A DNA stretch of 64,000 bases. Source: Flavobacteriaceae bacterium. Lineage in GTDB: Bacteria; Bacteroidota; Bacteroidia; Flavobacteriales; Flavobacteriaceae. The DNA lies in NCBI GenBank assembly GCA_965658355.1, contig CBFHRX010000001.1, forward strand, positions 4,637 through 68,636. Reading direction: 5' to 3'. The position numbers and the translations under genes are program-made. The stretch's first letter is position 1. Each line of letters begins with the position of its first letter. Below the pieces are notes generated by a model, which was not told where the DNA came from, ran no database searches, and saw nothing but the letters and a program-made list of their open reading frames with translations. Positions 60,291 through 64,000 of this stretch are shown piece by piece.

Positions 60291-60698
60291 TTATTCATCA
60301 CGGCCTTGAAAATCAATACTAATAGAATTAACACAATAACGGGTTCCTGTTTCGGTAGGGCCGTCATTAAATACATGGCCTTGATGAGAACCACAACGGG
60401 AACATACAATCTCGGTGCGTATCATCCCATGGCTCGTGTCTTTTATATATTCTATGGCGCCCGGTTCTGATTGATCAAAACTGGGCCACCCACAGCCACT
60501 GTCAAATTTACTATTGCTATCGTACAGCTTTTGACCGCAGCCTTTGCATAGGTAGTTTCCTTTTTCAAAATGCTGGTCGTATTCTCCTGTGAAAGGGCGC
60601 TCTGTTCCTTTTTCTCTGAGAACCGAATAGGAGAGAGGATCTAACTGTTCTTTCCATTCAGCGTTTGTCTTTTCGACTGCGTATTTATTGTTTTTCAT
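60291..60698 (-). CDS. msrB: peptide-methionine (R)-S-oxide reductase, cytoplasmic
   Basis: Two zinc CxxC pairs (CKGCGQKLY and CSRCGSHQGHVF) and the catalytic RYCVNS. No signal peptide. 135 aa. Confidence 0.93.
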   Translation of the reverse strand: MKNNKYAVEKTNAEWKEQLDPLSYSVLREKGTERPFTGEYDQHFEKGNYLCKGCGQKLYDSNSKFDSGCGWPSFDQSEPGAIEYIKDTSHGMIRTEIVCSRCGSHQGHVFNDGPTETGTRYCVNSISIDFQGRDE

Positions 60699-61170
60699 CT
60701 TCTGCTATAAACTGCAAGGCTGCAGAATTGATACAATGTCTTTTACCTGTTGTTTTTCGCGGGCCGTCCTCAAACATATGCCCAAGATGGCCACCACAGG
60801 TTTTGCATTTTAATTCTGTTCTGGCATAGCCAAGTTTGTAATCCACATCGTATTCAATATTCGAATCATATCCTCTGTCAAATGAAGGCCAACCTGTTCC
60901 AGAGTCAAATTTATGATCCGATTCATAGAGGGGAGTGTTACATCCTTTGCAAACGTAAGTGCCTGCTTCGTCATTTTTATTGTAAGGGTTGCTAAAGGGG
61001 CGTTCAGTTCCCGCCTGACGAAGTACATAATAAGAAAGATCTGATAATTGTGATCGCCATTCATCATCTGTTTTGACTACCGAATAGGAAACTTTTTCTT
61101 TCTTTGGTTGCGCCTTGGATTGGCATGAATAAAAGCCCAGTAGGAGCATGCATAATAAGAACCTTTTCAT
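60685..61170 (-). CDS. msrB: peptide-methionine (R)-S-oxide reductase, exported/lipoprotein paralog
   Basis: Signal peptide with a lipobox-like MKRFLLCMLLLGFYSC. Zinc CxxC pairs CKGCNTPLY and CKTCGGHLGHMF, with catalytic RHCINS. 161 aa. It overlaps the downstream msrB by 14 nt. Confidence 0.9.
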   Translation of the reverse strand: MKRFLLCMLLLGFYSCQSKAQPKKEKVSYSVVKTDDEWRSQLSDLSYYVLRQAGTERPFSNPYNKNDEAGTYVCKGCNTPLYESDHKFDSGTGWPSFDRGYDSNIEYDVDYKLGYARTELKCKTCGGHLGHMFEDGPRKTTGKRHCINSAALQFIAEDEKQ

Positions 61171-61323
61171 ATTTCTTTTCTTTTTTCTTTCAAAAGTATA
61201 AATAAAAGTGGCTTTTAAATCTTTCTAGAAAAATTAATAAGAAGTTGACTCCTAGTCATTTGATAAAACAGTATTGCATATCGGTTTTAAAATGTTATTT
61301 TGGGCGAACCATAAAACGATTAA

Positions 61324-62661
61324 ATGAGCTCTACAGCAGCCCCAAAATTAGAAAAAGGAAGTAAGAAATTAATCAACGCTTGGGCTTTTTACGACTGGGC
61401 TAATTCGGTTTATTCTCTAGTTATTTCTTCGGCCATTTTTCCCATTTATTACGGTCTTATCTTTAGTGATACGAATACCATTCCCTTTTTTGGCTATGAT
61501 GTAAAAAACACAGCCATGATCAGTTTTGTGACGGCTACTGCATTTGTATTTGTGGCTTTTATGTCTCCCTTGCTTTCTGGAATTGCAGATTATATAGGAA
61601 ACAAAAAAAGATTCATGAAGATCTTTGTTTACCTCGGTAGTGTTTCTTGTTTTGGATTGTACTGGTTTGAGATTGAAACCATTTATATGGGGCTTTTATT
61701 TTATTTTTTGGCCATGATTGGCTTGTGGTCTAGTTTGGTCTTTTACAATTCCTACCTTCCAGACATTGCTTATCCACACCAACACGATAGAGCAAGCGCT
61801 AGAGGATTTTCTATGGGCTATATAGGCAGTGTTCTCTTGCTTCTGTTTAACCTTAGTATGGTGATGAAGCCAGATTTGTATGGGATAACAGGAACCGAAC
61901 TCGAGGCGAGTTTAAAGGCCATGAAATACTCTTTTATAACAGTGGGTATTTGGTGGGCGAGTTTTAGCCAAATATCTTTTTATTACCTACCCAAGGGAAA
62001 TTCCAATGTTCAGAAAATGACAAAGGATATTTTTTGGAATGGCTATAGAGAACTTCGCTCTGTATGGTTGGAACTAAAAGATAATTTTAAGCTGAAGCGC
62101 TATTTAGGGGCTTTTTTTGTGTATAGTATGTCCTTGCAAACAGTCTTGTTAGTGGCTGCTTATTTTGGGGAAGAAGAAATTGCATGGGGGAGTACCAGTG
62201 AGAAAACCACAGGATTGATTATCAGTATACTCTTGATTCAGATTGTGGGTATACTAGGAGCCGTTTTAACCTCACGTAGTTCCGAGCGTTTTGGGAACAT
62301 CCCAACACTTATAGCCGTAAATATTATTTGGGCTGGTTTATGTATTTATGCCTATTACATTCAAACCCCTTTTCAATTTTATTGCATAGCTGGATTAGTG
62401 GGCATGGTTATGGGAGGCTTGCAAGCCCTTTCTCGCTCTACTTATTCAAAATATTTACCAGAAACAAAGGATACAACTTCTTATTTTAGTTTTTATGACG
62501 TAACAGAAAAAATAGGGATTGTCATTGGAATGATTCTTTTCGGATCATTGGACCAACTGACAGGCAGTATGCGGACCTCTATACTGTTCTTTTTCTTATT
62601 TTTTATCGCAGGCGCTTTTATGCTATTACGAGTCCCTCGTTTGGATTCTAAGGCCTCATAA
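61324..62661 (+). CDS. MFS transporter (UMF1/Atg22-like subfamily)
   Basis: About 12 TM segments. The N-terminus NAWAFYDWANSVYSLVISSAIFPIYY is typical of this subfamily, from memory. Confidence 0.8.
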   Translation: MSSTAAPKLEKGSKKLINAWAFYDWANSVYSLVISSAIFPIYYGLIFSDTNTIPFFGYDVKNTAMISFVTATAFVFVAFMSPLLSGIADYIGNKKRFMKIFVYLGSVSCFGLYWFEIETIYMGLLFYFLAMIGLWSSLVFYNSYLPDIAYPHQHDRASARGFSMGYIGSVLLLLFNLSMVMKPDLYGITGTELEASLKAMKYSFITVGIWWASFSQISFYYLPKGNSNVQKMTKDIFWNGYRELRSVWLELKDNFKLKRYLGAFFVYSMSLQTVLLVAAYFGEEEIAWGSTSEKTTGLIISILLIQIVGILGAVLTSRSSERFGNIPTLIAVNIIWAGLCIYAYYIQTPFQFYCIAGLVGMVMGGLQALSRSTYSKYLPETKDTTSYFSFYDVTEKIGIVIGMILFGSLDQLTGSMRTSILFFFLFFIAGAFMLLRVPRLDSKAS

Positions 62662-63415
62662 TGGTTGTTTTTCCACTCCCTGAATTGGAGAGATCAATTG
62701 TTTCCTGCGGGTTTCCATAGACATTAACACGGCCGGATCCTGAAATATTGGACGAAATAGATTGTGTTGCATACACTTTAATACTTCCTGAGCCTGATAT
62801 TTTTGTGATCGCATTTTGGCTCATTAATTCTTGGCTATTGATAGACCCAGAACCAGAAATTTTTAAATCAATGTTTTCGCTTTCCCCTTTCAATACGATT
62901 GAACCTGATCCCGACAATTGAGCAGTTGTATTTTTAGAAGACAGACTAAACTCCATGCTTCCAGAACCGGATAGCTGACTTTTAAAAGGGCTGTATGGCA
63001 TCGTGTAATCTGCTTTTATATGTCCAGAGCCACTCAAACTCACCTTTGTTATAGCGGTAACGGGAATTCGAATCTTGACAGCACTATTTCGGGGCCAATA
63101 CGTTTTTAACTTTCTCCAATTTGGATACTTTATCGTAAGCCCTTTAGAATTGCTTTTTACTTCTACCTCTTCTATCAATATTGACGGGCCTGACAGTTCG
63201 ATTGTGCCTTCTTCTCCTTCATACAAAGTAACCTCAAAATTTCCCTCTATAGCGATTGTGTCATAAGGAGCTACATTCTGTATTTTTTGTTGTTGGGCTT
63301 TGCTTTTTTTGGAGGTTGTCCAGCCAGAACTGCCATTGTAAACCTGTACATTGTTTTGCTGTGCCCATGAAAGTTGTACAAATAGGCTCAGGAATAAAGC
63401 GATACTTTTTTTCAT
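62648..63415 (-). CDS. exported beta-solenoid repeat protein (DUF2807 / head-GIN-domain-like putative adhesin)
   Basis: Signal peptide MKKSIALFLSLFVQLSWAQ from the ATG at 63415. Seven (L/I)SGSG(S)(I/M) motifs spaced 18-21 aa apart. Confidence 0.75.
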   Translation of the reverse strand: MKKSIALFLSLFVQLSWAQQNNVQVYNGSSGWTTSKKSKAQQQKIQNVAPYDTIAIEGNFEVTLYEGEEGTIELSGPSILIEEVEVKSNSKGLTIKYPNWRKLKTYWPRNSAVKIRIPVTAITKVSLSGSGHIKADYTMPYSPFKSQLSGSGSMEFSLSSKNTTAQLSGSGSIVLKGESENIDLKISGSGSINSQELMSQNAITKISGSGSIKVYATQSISSNISGSGRVNVYGNPQETIDLSNSGSGKTTIMRP

Positions 63416-63427
63416 AATCAATAATTA

Positions 63428-64000
63428 TTATTGTTGTAAGATTTTAAGATTGCCATAGTCGGCTTCTACTTTTAAGCTATTCGTGGAGTTTTGATTTAGA
63501 TGAAAGCCTTGGTAGTATTTTTCTGTATTGTCTTTTATTTTTTTAGAGTATTCCAAGGGTAAATCAGATTGAAATCCAGCATAATCTAAATCAATTTCGA
63601 ATTGAAAATCCCAATCTTTTGACACGCCAATTCGAATCCCCGTGTAGTCTCCTGAGATGTTCACCTTATTCACATCAGCGGATAACTGTCCAATTTTTAT
63701 AGAGCCATAGTCCGTCTCTAGGGTACAATTTTGATGGACTTGCCCGAACCGTAGGGTCATATAATCCCCTTCACCCTGAACAGTATCGACATGATCTACT
63801 GATAGTTTGCCAAAATCTGTTGAAAACTGTAAGGTGTCGATCTCCAAAATAGTGATGTTCGTGTAGTCTGCAGAAAGGTTTAGTGAACCGGCTTTCCCCA
63901 ATTCAAAGCCTGAATAATCAGAGGAAATAGTTCCTTTCTTTATATAGTCAATGCTAGAATTAGAGGTGTAGTCGAAAGACAATATATTTTGATCCCCTCT
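63428..64000 (-). CDS. repeat protein with periodic DY(G/T)x(I/L) motifs (DUF4097-like), N-terminus beyond right edge
   Basis: The frame stays open from the track's TTG (63982) to position 64000. Repeats include SADYTNITI, ETDYGSIKI, SGDYTGIRI and EADYGNLKI, about every 20 aa. Confidence 0.65.
   Translation of the reverse strand, partial: RGDQNILSFDYTSNSSIDYIKKGTISSDYSGFELGKAGSLNLSADYTNITILEIDTLQFSTDFGKLSVDHVDTVQGEGDYMTLRFGQVHQNCTLETDYGSIKIGQLSADVNKVNISGDYTGIRIGVSKDWDFQFEIDLDYAGFQSDLPLEYSKKIKDNTEKYYQGFHLNQNSTNSLKVEADYGNLKILQQ

Overview
This is a gene-dense core-chromosome window with about 70 CDS and short spacers. By eye I found no rRNA, tRNA, CRISPR array, transposase or prophage signature. 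Gene content and synteny point to a Bacteroidota genome of the Flavobacteriia type: bamD-rpoZ-coaBC-DUF4835-like-recN, trmD-rplS, thrS-infC-rpmI-rplT, a TonB-dependent receptor with a carboxypeptidase-regulatory-like N-terminus, and several TTG/GTG starts.

Contents, left to right:
- leuC and leuA. leuC runs off the left edge and is missing from the ORF track; I translated it by hand.
- A 523-aa helical protein of unknown function, an RluA-family pseudouridine synthase, panB and dnaK.
- A contiguous menaquinone cluster: menI-like thioesterase, menF, menD, menB, menA, menC, an embedded CPBP protease, and a short menE.
- An acyl-CoA carboxyltransferase, a small membrane ORF abutting ettA, a GNAT and fumC.
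- A unit of ECF sigma factor, single-pass membrane protein, periplasmic helical protein and TonB-dependent receptor.
- An ArsC-family protein, rplT, rpmI, infC, thrS, murQ, icd, rplS, trmD, htrA, dapF, mltG, an RsmI-like methyltransferase, a low-molecular-weight phosphotyrosine phosphatase (LMW-PTP) and dnaA.
- A thioesterase, ribD, prmC, ligA, dapA, bamD, rpoZ, coaBC, recN, fabI and coaE.
- A histidine kinase/response regulator pair, xerD, aroQ, lpdA, tandem msrB genes, two MFS transporters and two beta-solenoid repeat proteins at the right edge.

I do not see a defence island, a mobile element or a clearly novel multi-gene system. This is an ordinary housekeeping region. The observations most worth a second look:
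- A catalytically intact CPBP protease sits inside a men operon that lacks menH.
- The ECF-sigma/TonB-receptor unit has no FecR or STN hallmarks.
- infC probably starts at a non-canonical ATA codon.
- An exported msrB and a cytoplasmic msrB overlap in tandem.
- Gene orientation switches at dnaA, but no recognisable DnaA-box cluster accompanies it.

All product calls rest on motifs read from the translations. No database search was run.
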